From NCBI GenBank assembly GCA_032718475.1, contig JAUCBJ010002326.1, positions 1 to 54,498 of the forward strand: DNA of 54,498 nucleotides, in the 5' to 3' direction. Made by a program: the position numbers and the translations under genes. The notes below the pieces were generated by a model. The model did no database searches. It saw only the letters and a program-made list of their open reading frames with translations, and was not told where the DNA came from. Below are positions 12,344 to 25,568 of this stretch, piece by piece. Each line of letters begins with the position of its first letter. Within the stretch, counting starts at the first letter, position 1. Origin of the DNA: Nemertoderma westbladi. Its lineage: Eukaryota > Animalia > Xenacoelomorpha.

Positions 12344-12482
12344 GAATTCTTAGCCCGCGAGTTAGTAAAGGAGCAGGTTTCAGAGGCGTATTGGGTGAAC
12401 CAAAACAATAAACGTTATTGTTTAGCGGGCTAAGAATACCCACGGGCTAAGAATAATCGCGGGCTAAGAATTCCTGAGACCT
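12344..12482. mobile_element. Truncated MITE-like element with (GCGGGCTAAGAA) inverted subrepeats
   Basis: gaattcttagcccgcga on the left versus three gggctaagaa copies ending tcgcgggctaagaattc on the right. The bipartite cassette lies between them at 12367-12413. No TSD seen. Confidence 0.55.
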
Positions 12483-15176
12483 TGGGGTGGGCTCTATATG
12501 TGCTGCCTGGGGGGGGGGGGGGGGGGGGGGGGGGGTCTAACGTTTCACACCGGTACTATATTTAAGCATCGAATGTGAGTGATTTACTTACTATATTCTT
12601 AAAAACTTAGTGGCCCGATTTTTGAATTTCGACCTCGTAAGAGCGATACGCCAGAGATTTCTGAAACAGTTTAACGCCAATTTTCTCCAGCATAGTCCTA
12701 ACGCTAACTTTTTAAAACTTTGAGGGGCCGGCAAATACATTATTGTACTACCGTAACTATTTTATACATCAATATACACGTGTACACATAATTTTGCAGA
12801 GGTTAGATGTCAGTCATAGAGGTGAGGAAGGTTCAGATAAAATTAAAGTAAATAACGCTCAAGTTAAATGTCAATAACGGTTCAAATAAATTATTGACCA
12901 TTATGGTTGAGTTAAATTATCTCGAGTTTGTCGGTACTGTTTCCTGGTCCATAGAGCTTAATGTAAACTTTCGCAACTATAATAATAACTCCTGTAATTC
13001 AATTAAATGTAGGTATTATAAAAATATTCGATTCAATTTTAAAACAATTAAATGACAAAATAAACAACAACAAAAGAGCACCGGTGAGTTACACATCTGT
13101 TGTACCACATGGAACAATAACGAATACACTAGAAACTATTAATTGCTTAACTATATGCACTATGGATGCATTCTATACACTTCTAGACAAATATACAAAT
13201 TACATTTACAAAATAAACACGCACCTTTTTGGCTATAGATAAGGGGGGGGGGGGGGGGGGGGGGGGGGGGTGGGGGGCTAGACGCATATCCCACCTCGGA
13301 GAGAACAGGTACTAAATTGTTATTCAACGTCGATTTTTCCCTGAGGAGGTTTAGATTTTAATAGCGTCAATAACCAACGCCCCTCCCCCCCCCCCCCCCC
13401 ACCATTACTTGAAATTTAATAATATTCTGTAGGCAAACTCTAAAGAATTATTAAGGCGCATTCGAAATAGCATCAATAAATTTATTATTTAAATAAATTT
13501 ATAATTTAGTGTGAACCGATTTACTAACTACGTGAGCCGAAATGAAAAATCATAAAAAAATACTAAATAAAATAGCCAATCACAGCCGGCTAAACTCTAT
13601 AGCTCAGAACCCAAAGGTATTTATTATTGAATTATTTACGCCGTAGGTACCGGTTATTAATTAGGCCTCTTTTCTAAGTAGACTATTTTAGAGTTCCAAT
13701 AAACATTGAAGTAAAGACACACGATTAGAAAAGACTTCAACTGTCGATCATACGAAAACTATTAGTTTAAAATACCGCAATATGATTACACTACAGCACA
13801 AAATAATGTTTAAAATATTGCCATATGGTTTCTCTTTTATTTTTGATGTTGAAATATTTAACTGTACTCTGCCGGTAGAACGGGGTTTAAAAAATTTCGA
13901 AATTTTTTCACCGGGTAAAAAGTAATGTTATTAGATAAGTGATAACATATTAGGTAAGTTTTCGCGAACTCAACAATGAGCACTATAGGCCTAACACCAT
14001 ACCAAAATAATGCAATAATTATTAATAATGTAATGATAATAATTATTAATATAATGCATCTAAGCTAAAAGAAGCCATGTATGTATGGCTTCTTTATGGC
14101 GGATTTGGCTCTGGCCCAGGCAACATGTGGGAATAAATTGGCGATACTTCGCGAGAACTGTCGGATGGTTGTTCGACCGATTACTGCTGCATATGCTGCA
14201 TATCACTTGGCACAATGTTAAACCAGCAGAGTAGAGCAATCGATGTATTAGTTGGTTGAGAATATAATTATAATGATTAAGACAAGTGTGATTCAATTAT
14301 ATTCTGTAGATATTTTTTGCGCTACATTATAACACCTAACGTACCACCTGTACAAACCTTAAACGTTAATATGTACTCGAGATGTAGTAGGTAGGGTTGA
14401 GTGTAAATTCTTCAATGTAAAAGTACGAAAATTCTACAAATAGTATTAAAATGGGAGGGAAAATATCAAGGAAATGGTAGACGCATATTGGGTTGATTTA
14501 AGTATAAAAAATCACTGATATAAGTAAATATTATAATCCGGCAGAAATATGCTGAATCTTTAATGGTTTTCACTGAAACTTTATAGTAAATGTTGTGTGA
14601 ATAATCCGAAACTCTTCCCATTGTAATAATGTTGAGCAAAAAACGTTCTGGAAAACACCCGTAGGGTCAAAATCACTAAATGCGGCCAAAACTTTAGAAA
14701 CATTAGACACGCCGTAACTTTTGACTTCCTCCATCATTTCCCATAATTTATATCTTAAATTATTTTAATACCGCCATTTTTTGGTGTTATAGGTCACAAA
14801 TCTTTTGCAACGCTGCCTTGTATTTATTTTTCAAAATATCTGCGCGAATTCGAAAAAACATAGATTTTTCAGTGTAGACAATAAATCCGTTAGGTAACGT
14901 CATAAAAATTGTATAATGTCAACGAACGAGATATGTTAAATTCGATATACATTTGAAAGAGCGAAAAATTCTGCAGAAGCAAATTTTATTTATTGTTGTC
15001 CGATGTATTTAAGGTACGTTTATCAGTTAGTAGGTTAGCGTAAGACAATTTAATTGTATTTTTGCCACACCCCCTGTAATGAACCGGAATGATGTAAAGC
15101 TGAAATCATGGCAACCATGCTACAATTTGAAAGAACCATCTATCTCATGTTCGCTCACCAAATTTCAGCTAATGAC

Positions 15177-17044
15177 ATGCGAGTACCGGTATATTCATTC
15201 ATGTATGTTAGTTTAAAGTAATAAAGTCGGGGTATTCCGCTTGCTTTGTCCCATCCCTGTAATGCGAGTACCGGTATATTCATTCATGTATGTTAGTTTA
15301 AAGTTATAAAGTCAGGGTATTCCGCTTGCTTTGTCCCATCCCTGTAATGCGAGTACCGGTATATTCATTCATGTATGTTAGTTTAAAGTAATAAAGTCAG
15401 GGTGTTCCGCTTGCTTTGTCCCCTCCCTGTAATGCGAGTACCGGTATATTCATTCATGTATGTTAGTTTAAAGTTATAAAGTCAGGGTATTCCGCTTGCT
15501 TTGTCCCATCCCTGTAATGCGAGTACCGGTATATTCATTCATGTATGTTAGTTTAAAGTTATAAAGTCAGGGTATTCCGCTTGCTTTGTCCCATCCCTGT
15601 AATGCGAGTACCGGTATATTCATTCATGTATGTTAGTTTAAAGTTATAAAGTCGGGGTATTCCGCTTGCTTTGTCCCCTCTTTGTAATGCGAGTACCGGT
15701 ATATTCATTCATGTATGTTAGTTTAAAGTTATAAAGTCGGGGTATTCCGCTTGCTTTGTCCCCTCTTTGTAATGCGAGTACCGGTATATTCATTCATGTA
15801 TGTTAGTTTAAAGTTATAAAGTCGGGGTATTCCGCTTGCTTTGTCCCCTCTTTGTAATGCGAGTACCGGTATATTCATTCATGTATGTTAGTTTAAAGTT
15901 ATAAAGTCAGGGTATTCCGCTTGCTTTGTCCCATCCCTGTAATGCGAGTACCGGTATATTCATTCATGTATGTTAGTTTAAAGTTATAAAGTCAGGGTAT
16001 TCCGCTTGCTTTGTCCCATCCCTGTAATGCGAGTACCGGTATATTCATTCATGTATGTTAGTTTAAAGTTATAAAGTCAGGGTATTCCGCTTGCTTTGTC
16101 CCATCCCTGTAATGCGAGTACCGGTATATTCATTCATGTATGTTAGTTTAAAGTTATAAAGTCGGGGTATTCCGCTTGCTTTGTCCCCTCTTTGTAATGC
16201 GAGTACCGGTATATTCATTCATGTATGTTAGTTTAAAGTTATAAAGTCGGGGTATTCCGCTTGCTTTGTCCCCTCTTTGTAATGCGAGTACCGGTATATT
16301 CATTCATGTATGTTAGTTTAAAGTTATAAAGTCAGGGTATTCCGCTTGCTTTGTCCCATCCCTGTAATGCGAGTACCGGTATATTCATTCATGTATGTTA
16401 GTTTAAAGTTATAAAGTCAGGGTGTTCCGCTTGCTTTGTCCCCTCTTTGTAATGCGAGTACCGGTATATTCATTCATGTATGTTAGTTTAAAGTTATAAA
16501 GTCGGGGTATTCCGCTTGCTTTGTCCCCTCTTTGTAATGCGAGTACCGGTATATTCATTCATGTATGTTAGTTTAAAGTTATAAAGTCAGGGTATTCCGC
16601 TTGCTTTGTCCCATCCCTGTAATGCGAGCACCGGTATATTCATTCATGTATGTTAGTTTAAAGTTATAAAGTCAGGGTATTCCGCTTGCTTTGTCCCATC
16701 CCTGTAATGCGAGTACCGGTATATTCATTCATGTATGTTAGTTTAAAGTTATAAAGTCGGGGTATTCCGCTTGCTTTGTCCCCTCTTTGTAATGCGAGTA
16801 CCGGTATATTCATTCATGTATGTTAGTTTAAAGTTATAAAGTCGGGGTATTCCGCTTGCTTTGTCCCCTCTTTGTAATGCGAGTACCGGTATATTCATTC
16901 ATGTATGTTAGTTTAAAGTTATAAAGTCAGGGTATTCCGCTTGCTTTGTCCCATCCCTGTAATGCGAGCACCGGTATATTCATTCATGTATGTTAGTTTA
17001 AAGTTATAAAGTCGGGGTATTCCGCTTGCTTTGTTCCCTCCCTG
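15177..17044. repeat. 85-bp tandem satellite, about 22 near-identical copies
   Basis: aatgcgagta recurs at 15261, 15346, 15431 and onward. Two main variants: gtcaggg/cccatccctgt and gtcgggg/cccctctttgt. Confidence 0.97.
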
Positions 17045-17330
17045 AGGCTTTTGCAGGCTTTGCAGGACATTGCTTTCGCCGTGAGGACCAGCCACTGCAC
17101 AATCTTGTACTTTGGCAGCCTCATGGAGTGAATAAGCATGGTGGACAGCCCATGACATTCTTGAGACGTATCTTAAAGGACACTGGCCTTGAAGATGCGG
17201 ATGATCTAGCAAATGTCATGGGTGATAGGGAGTTGTGGCGGCGCAATTTTGTCGATAACCCGGCACAGCATTCTTAAAAATGCAGCTGCAATGCAGCATG
17301 CCGATTCTAGTAGTAGTAGTAGTAGTAGTC
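17045..17330 (+). mobile_element. 5'-truncated non-LTR retrotransposon (RTE-like ORF2 C-terminus) with (TAG)n tail
   Basis: Translation FAGHCFRR...LVLWQP.G...G.P...DTG...MGDRELWR matches the RTE-type C-terminal pattern. (TAG)7 tail. TSD CCCTCCCTG at 17036-17044 and 17331-17339. Confidence 0.8.
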
Positions 17331-18520
17331 CCCTCCCTGTAATGCCACTTAAATGTGAATAAAATATTCCCAAGAAACATATAAGTCTTTATTGGCTCGT
17401 ATTTTTGAAAATGAAATTTCGCGGGCTTGGACATGACGTAATGTATTCAACAACAGAGTTTATTCGAGGGAGTCATTGAAGACTCATATGGATGTGGAAT
17501 ACAGCGATTGCAATAGTGAGCTTGAACCATATCATGGCTTTGGCATACATGCACCAGCACCTATGGGGAGGGAACAGTGACGATGACCAATATAACTTGG
17601 AACGTTTACAAAACACGGCTAAGCAGGATACTCATTATAGGGATGGAGGCTCATTCTTTTATAATCTGCCATGATAATTGGGTATTACTTTACTGGGACA
17701 TTACTTTACGGAGTAGACATCCTACGAAAAAGGCATTACAGGTGGGGACAATAGATTGCATTACAGGGATAGAGACCTACAACGAATGATACGACATTAC
17801 AGGGAGGGACAAATCATTACAGGGGGACTTAAATAGAGCGAGTGAAGTAAAATTTTAATAGATGTTCACTGCGCTCATAAAATTATCCTTTATAAAGAGC
17901 TTTCGAATGACAATATGTTAACAGGCTTTGTAACAAAACTTGTTGACGAAAAAGTTTGACCAAACTAAGTTTGGCTACTTTTAGTGATTTTGACCCCTAA
18001 ATCAAATCAAAATAGTATATTGGATTTGCAAAAAGTTAAGTATCACGATCCGCTGTAGAATTTGGAGACTTTTGGGATAATCTCCAATTATCCTGTTGGG
18101 CAAGAGTCGGATTATTGATGACAACAATTAATATTACATATGGAAATCACCCTAAATATTTACTACATTAATTCCATTCAAGGTATAACGTAACATCTGA
18201 AGGACCATAAACAGTTCACTGATGCCGGGGGCAAGACAAAAGTAACAAGCTGTACAAATATTATTTAGGCCCTATATAAGTAATAAAATAATGTAAGTTT
18301 TAATTTCGCACACATTGAACTGGTTAGTAAACGAAGTAAGCACCGTTAATTAATAATCCTGCAGCAATGAGTTTAGGAATGTTGGGACAATATAACAATT
18401 CTTGGAATAATTATATATTTCACTGCCACAGTCGGAAATAAATTTCAATATTTTAACAGTCAATTAGACGACACACTTTAAAACACAGCTGATTGGTTTT
18501 GGTTATCAAGATGTGTTTTG

Positions 18521-21500
18521 GACATTAGAACAGTCTATTGGCTTGGGACCACGTGGTATCACCGTGTGTTATAGACATTATTAGAACTGATTTGGAACCA
18601 CGTGGTATCACCGTGTGTGTTGGACATTAGAACTGGTTTGGAACCACGTGGTATCACCGTGTGTGTTGGACATTAGAACTGGTTTGGAACCACGTGGTAT
18701 CACCGTGTGTTTTGGACATTAGAACTGATTTGGAACCACGTGGTATCACCGTGTGTGTTGGACATTAGAACTGGTTTGGAACCACGTGGTATCACCGTGT
18801 GTGTTGGACATTAGAACTGGTTTGGAACCACGTGGTATCACCGTGTGTGTTGGACATTAGAACTGGTTTGGAACCACGTGGTATCACCGTGTGTGTTGGA
18901 CATTAGTACAGTCTATTGGCTTGGGACCACGTGGTATCACCGTGTGTTATAGACATTATTAGAACTTATTTGGAACCACGTGGTATCACCGTGTGTGTTG
19001 GACATTAGAACTGATTTGGAACCACGTGGTATCACCGTGTGTTTTGGACATTAGAACTGGTGTGGAACCACGTGGTATCACCGTGTGTTTTGAACATTAG
19101 AACTGGTTTGGAACCCGGTGGTATCACCGTGTGTTTTAGACATTAGAACTGGATTGGAACCACGTGGTATCACCGTGTGTTTTGGACATTAGAACTGGTG
19201 TGGAACCACGTGGTATCACCGTGTGTGTTGGACATTAGAACTGATTTGGAACCACGTGGTATCACCGTGTGTATTGGACATTATAACTGGTGTGGAACCA
19301 CGTGGTATCACCGTGTGTTTTGAACATTAGAACTGATTTGGAACCACGTGGTATCACCGTGTGTTTTGGACATTAGAACTGGTGTGGAACCACGTGGTAT
19401 CACCGTGTGTTTTGAACATTAGAACTGGTTTGGAACCACGTGGTATCACCGTGTGTTTTAGACATTAGAACTGATTTGGAACCACGTGGTATCACCGTGT
19501 GTTTTGGACATTAGAACTGGTGTGGAACCACGTGGTATCACCGTGTGTGTTGGACATTAGAACTGGTGTGGAACCACGTGGTATCACCGTGTGTTTTGAA
19601 CATTAGAACTGGTTTGGAACCACGTGGTATCACCGTGTGTTTTAGACATTAGAACTGGATTGGAACCACGTGGTATCACCGTGTGTGTTGGATATTAGAA
19701 CTGGTTTGGAACCACGTGGTATCACCGTGTGTGTTGGACATTAGAACTGGTTTGGAACCACGTGGTATCACCGTGTGTTTTAGACATTAGAACTGGATTG
19801 GAACCACGTGGTATCACCGTGTGTGTTGGATATTAGAACTGGTTTGGAACCACGTGGTATCACCGTGTGTGTTGGACATTAGAACTGGTTTGGAACCACG
19901 TGGTATCACCGTGTATTTTAGACATTAGAACTGGATTGGAACCACGTGGTATCACCGTGTGTGTTGGACATTAGAACTGGTTTGGAACCACGTGGTATCA
20001 CCGTGTGTGTTGGGCATTAGAACTGGTTTGGAACCACGTGGTATCACCGTGTGTGTTGGACATTAGAACTGATTTGGAACCACGTGGTATCACCGTGTGT
20101 TATGGACATTAGAACTGATTTGGAACCACGTGGTATCACCGTGTGTGTTGGACATTAGAACTGGTTTGGAACCACGTGGTATCACTGTGTGTTTTGGAGA
20201 TTAGAACTGATTTGGAACCACGTGGTATCACCGTGTGTGTTGGGCATTGGAACTGATTTGGAACCACGTGGTATCACCGTGTGTTTTGGAGATTAGAACT
20301 GATTTGGAACCACGTGGTATCACCGTGTGTTATGGACATTAGAACTGGTTTGGAACCACGTGGTATCACCGTGTGTGTTGGACATTGGAACTGATTTGGA
20401 ACCACGTGGTATCACCGTGTGTTTTGGAGATTAGAACTGATTTGGAACCACGTGGTATCACCGTGTGTTATGGACATTAGAACTGATTTGGAACCACGTG
20501 GTATCACCGTGTGTGTTGGACATTAGAACTGGTTTGGAACCACGTGGTATCACTGTGTGTTTTGGAGATTAGAACTGATTTGGAACCACGTGGTATCACC
20601 GTGTGTGTTGGACATTGGAACTGATTTGGAACCACGTGGTATCACCGTGTGTTTTGGAGATTAGAACTGATTTGGAACCACGTGGTATCACCGTGTGTTA
20701 TGGACATTAGAACTGGTTTGGAACCACGTGGTATCACCGTGTGTGTTGGACATTGGAACTGATTTGGAACCACGTGGTATCACCGTGTGTTTTGGAGATT
20801 AGAACTGATTTGGAACCACGTGGTATCACCGTGTGTTATGGACATTAGAACTGGTTTGGAACCACGTGGTATCACCGTGTGTTATGGACATTAGAACTGG
20901 TTTGGAACCACGTGGTATCACCGTGTGTGTTGGACATTGGAACTGATTTGGAACCACGTGGTATCACCGTGTGTTTTGGAGATTAGAACTGATTTGTAAC
21001 CACGTGGTATCACCGTGTGTTATGGACATTAGAACTGGTTTGGAACCACGTGGTATCACCGTGTGTGTTGGACATTGGAACTGATTTGGAACCACGTGGT
21101 ATCACCGTGTGTTTTGGAGATTAGAACTGATTTGGAACCACGTGGTATCACCGTGTGTTATGGACATTAGAACTGGTTTGGAACCACGTGGTATCACCGT
21201 GTGTTATGGACATTAGAACTGGTTTGGAACCACGTGGTATCACCGTGTGTGTTGGACATTAGAACTGGTTTGGAACCACGTGGTATCACCGTGTGTTATG
21301 GACATTAGAACTGGTTTGGAACCACGTGGTATCACCGTGTGTGTTTGACATTAGAACTGGTTTGGAACCACGTGGTATCACCGTGTGTTTTGGACATTAG
21401 AACTGGTTTGGAACCACGTGGTATCACCGTGTGTTTTGGACATTAGAACTGATTTCGAACCACGTGGTATCACCGTGTGTTTTGGAGATTAGTACTGGTT

Positions 21501-21587
21501 TCGAACCACGTGGTATCACCGTGTGTGTTGTACATTAGAACTGGTTTGGAACCACGTGGTATCACCGTGTGTGTTGGAGATTAGAAC
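18521..21587. repeat. 46-bp tandem satellite, about 66 copies, with a palindromic ACCACGTGGT core
   Basis: Unit ggacattagaactggtttggaaccacgtggtatcaccgtgtgtgtt; the period runs 18601 to 18647. Confidence 0.97.
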
Positions 21588-22779
21588 ATAGTGGTTGTCG
21601 ATTGATTTGTTGACCAGGTTCCATCGCCGTGTGTTTGTTTGGGATCTTCATGGAATCGAGCCGACCAATCAGATTGCGCGAGATCATCCCTTCTGCGGTC
21701 CGACTTCAGGTGGCTATCAGTTGATAGTTGGCTCAGTTTCCTAGCAACCATACTTTCGTCGGCTTCATCAAATGTGATGAGATCGCTGGGGCTCTAAAAT
21801 TAAACGAAAACAATGTAAAAACTTACTGCTGGTAATCTCACCTAATTATTGAACCGGTTGCAGTACTGCGCTATGGTGAAAATAGTAAAATGCTGAAAGC
21901 TACCAATTTGTAACATTACGGTCTAGGTCAGAACGCAAAAAGCAATCAAATAACTTAAGAAACGTAGACGATGATGTCTTGAGTAGAAAGCTGTTTTAGC
22001 GTGGATGGCTCGAAATCACAAAAAGTGGAACAAAAAAATTATTATTTTTGTAAAAAAAAAAGTTTCCCAAAGTATGTAATATTATATATCACCAGAAAGC
22101 TCTTGATGCGCTGAATTCAATGGTGGTAATTTCCCAATAACCCCGACCTCCTGGTAACAAATAATTGAGAAAAACAGATGTCCATTCCTGTAACACTTGC
22201 CCCACAATGTAACGACCGATATCAGCCAATCAGAGCCCTTGAATGGTGATTTCCGATGCCTGTAACAATTTGTCCCACCATGTAACACCAGTTGTAATTA
22301 CACTGAAATGTTAAATTAACCTAGATTTCGTCTCTGAGTGGGAGCTATGCAGCTATACCTGATCCCAGTAACACCTCCCATTAAAGCTTATTTGAAAATA
22401 AAATCAATCATAATAAATCTTTATGGTCCCCATTTCTGGAAAAATCATAAAATATTATAGTTTATCGAATAAACATAAAGAGTTTATTAAAACATTTTAA
22501 CCACTTTAGGTACTTTAGTGACGATTTATATGAAAATTCACAAAGTATGATGAGTTTATTACTGAGTTTATATCTGTATATCACTATGGCTGAGCAGTTA
22601 GTCAAAACCTATAAATTGTTCATCAGTTTCATCTCCACCCTCCACAGAACCTCCTGTACTCCCCAATCCATCTTCTACACCCTCCATAGATTCTCCTGTA
22701 TTCCAAACGTTATCTTTAAAAGCCGCCACGGATCTTCCCATACCCCCCACTCCTTCAAAACCTGTAAATTGTTCATTAT

Positions 22780-23345
22780 CACTTTCATCCCCACCCTCCA
22801 CAGATCCACCTGTACCTTCCACTCCATCTTCCCCACCCTCCTCAGATCCTCCTGTACTTCTCACCCTGTCTCCCACACCCTCCACCCACAGATCCTCCTG
22901 TACTTCTCACCCTGTCTCCCACACCCTCCACAGATTCTCCTGTACTTCTCACCCTGTCTCCCACACCCTCCACAGATCCTCCTGTACTTGTCACCCTGTC
23001 TCCCACACCCTCCACAGATCCTCCTGTACTTCTCACCCTGTCTCCCACACCCTCCACAGATCCTCCCATTATCCTCCTCTACCTACTGCTCTCGCACTAA
23101 CTACTCCTCTCGCTTCTCCAACTGCTCCCCTTCCACCTCTACCTTTTCCCCCCACACCTCCAACTGCTCCCCTTCCACATCTACCTTTTCCCCCCACACC
23201 TCCAACTGCTCCCCTTCCACATCTACCTTTTCCCCTCGCACCTCCAACTGCTCCTCTTGCACCTCTACATTTTCCCCTCACACCTCCAACTGCTCCCCTT
23301 GCACCTCTATTTTTTTCCCTCCCACCTCTAACTGCTCCCCTCACG
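22780..23345. repeat. Two adjacent pyrimidine-rich 42-bp minisatellites
   Basis: Type 1 is gatcctcctgtacttctcaccctgtctcccacaccctccaca (about 22845-23065). Type 2 is tccaactgctccccttccacatctaccttttccccccacacc (about 23115-23340). Confidence 0.85.
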
Positions 23346-24322
23346 GATCTCCCAATCTCCCTCTCCCAATCGCAGAAGATAGATCTAAGATGGACCTCAT
23401 TCCATAAGACAGATCAGTATTATTAGTCCTATTTATATTTACTATCAGTATCTTGATACCGGAACGCCAAGCTGATGTCTAATAAGTAATGAAATGTGGT
23501 CTCTATTCTATACCGTAGTCACACAGTGTCTGTATCAGTGTCTTATAACTGGTTCTGGTTAGGATGAGTTTGTTTAGTAGTCAATAGTAAACTCTATGCA
23601 CTGCGCAGATCTGTAGATCCAATAACTTCGAATCAAACGCAATAAAGAGGCAGCACTGATACTGTTACCGGTACTACTGTAGGTAGGTAAGTACCAATTC
23701 ACAGTTAATACTGCTGTTCTGTGTGCATGACCTACAGTCTTATCAATATTATAAAGTCTGCACTACTAAAGTGTTACAGGTGAGATATGTCCCATTCTGT
23801 AGCCCAAAATTATTCGATTTACATGTTACATGTGGGACGTCCCGCCTTGTAACGATTTTTTGTGTTACAGGCTTTTGTTACAGGTGGGACAAAGCTCATG
23901 CTGATAAATGTAAAAGCAACTAAAGTCTATTTCATAGTCAATTGTTGCCACAAATGATTACTCACGCAAAAGACCAAGAACTTGGCTATCTTCTGATATT
24001 TGAATCTTCATATCAAGTTTGTTAGAACTGATTCTAGAGCATGGTAAAGCAATGCACTTGGCGTTAGACATGGGACAATCCTAATTGATATAATCGACTC
24101 GCACGTATAAAACCAGCCATATCTCTGGTTGTGTTTAGTATTTTTTCTGTTTCTTGAAGATTTTCCTTTCAAATAAGAATTTAGTTTATAGAAAACCAAA
24201 TAAAAACCTTTTGGTGAATTCAGGTGTTACCGTTTGGGACAAGTAATTGTCAAAAATGGGGGTATATTATCTATTGTTTTATTTAACTATGATGATATCA
24301 ATAAAACAATTTAACCATACCC

Positions 24323-25560
24323 TTGAGCAGGATATCAATGGTGCCTGCAACTTCATCACTGATGAACTACACTACTGATGACCTACACGCTGCTGCAACC
24401 ACTCACCGCAAAAAACGCTCAAAGCCATGGTTCGATAAGGAATGCCACAACCTGCAACATGCTACAAAGGCAAGCCACCGCTTGGTGTGCGCCCAGCCAA
24501 ACGACGCAAATCGCCACGAATACACGGAGCTGAAACGGGAATACAAAATACTCCATAGCAATATGCAAGAACTTAAATTAATAAGCCGATGTGAATCTGA
24601 TCTGACTGAGTTCTGGAACATTATGAAGGGCAAACGCCAGCACTCGGCCCCTCAACAGGTACCCGCAGAAGATTGGTCCACACACTTTGTTAAGTTGCTA
24701 ACTCGGGACGTCGACACCCAGCTCCCTGTCTTACCGGAGCAACCCGATCCGGAATTAGATCACCCAATAGAAGCATCTTGAGGTGACGTCAGCTGTTTAT
24801 AATCAGAAGAACCACAAAGCAGCAGGCCCCGACGGCATATCCGGTGAATCTTTAAAACTCGGGTTTGGCGTTCTACTCCCGTTTCTACTAGCACTATTTT
24901 CGGTGTGCCTCTCAGCCGCCTCGTGTCCTGTGAGACAAACTCTCACCGCTTCTCTTCTCCCTCTTTCTCACCGATCTCCCTGCTGTAATACTAGCAGATA
25001 GTTGTTTTCTCTTCATGTAACGCTGACGACGTCGCAATTACCGGGAAATCAATCACAGAGATTCAAACAGCCCTTGATAATTAGTCCGACTACTGTACAG
25101 AAAACGACCTCATTGTAAATATAGGGACCCCCTCAAACAAAAGCAATGAAATTTCGTCGGGGCGGTCGTCTCTGCAGGTCAGACGTTCTCAGATACCGGG
25201 GTGTCCCACTAGAGTTCGTCAACTCTTTTTCAATATCTCGGCGTAGTTCTCACTACAAAGGGCGGTGCAGCGGGACATTACAGCCATTTACATAAACGCG
25301 GCATTTCCGCGTGTATGAGGTTGGCAACCAAATTAAACTTTAGTTCCATTTCCATGGCAACAGCGGCCCGTCTGTGGAAGCTAGTCATCCTCCCCGCAAC
25401 AACCTACGGCTGCTGCGTCTACGGCGTTGACACAGTGAGCGCACAGGCACTCACCCACGTTGAAACGGTAAGGGCGTTCTATTGGAAGCTGTGGTGCGGC
25501 GTGAGCAAATACGCGTCCACCACAGCCATATTAAACGCCGTTGACAACGCACAGACAGCG
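24323..25560 (+). pseudogene. Degraded non-LTR retrotransposon ORF2 (reverse transcriptase), internally deleted
   Basis: PWFDKEC, KAAGPDGI.GE.LK, a disrupted (Y)ADD at about 25015-25030, RGGRL, YLGV and P..TYGC motifs appear in order, with stops and frameshifts. Confidence 0.85.
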
Positions 25561-25568
25561 AGCTTGAA

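Larger units (their letters stand above)
14664..17997. mobile_element. Non-autonomous TIR DNA transposon hosting the 85-bp satellite
   Basis: Left gggtcaaaatcactaaatgcggccaaaact versus right agtttggctacttttagtgattttgacccc, both flanked by TA. Internal CCCTGTAATG motifs on the left are mirrored by CATTACAGG motifs at about 17734-17825. Confidence 0.7.

Noticed and set aside
18521-21587. CRISPR-like array (palindromic repeat with a regular period)
   Set aside because: There are no unique spacers and no cas genes, and the context is eukaryotic. The same applies to the 85-bp and 41-bp arrays.
22547-23407. 286-aa Ser/Pro/Thr-rich ORF
   Set aside because: It is explained by low-complexity 42-bp repeats that lack stops on both strands; no other coding evidence.
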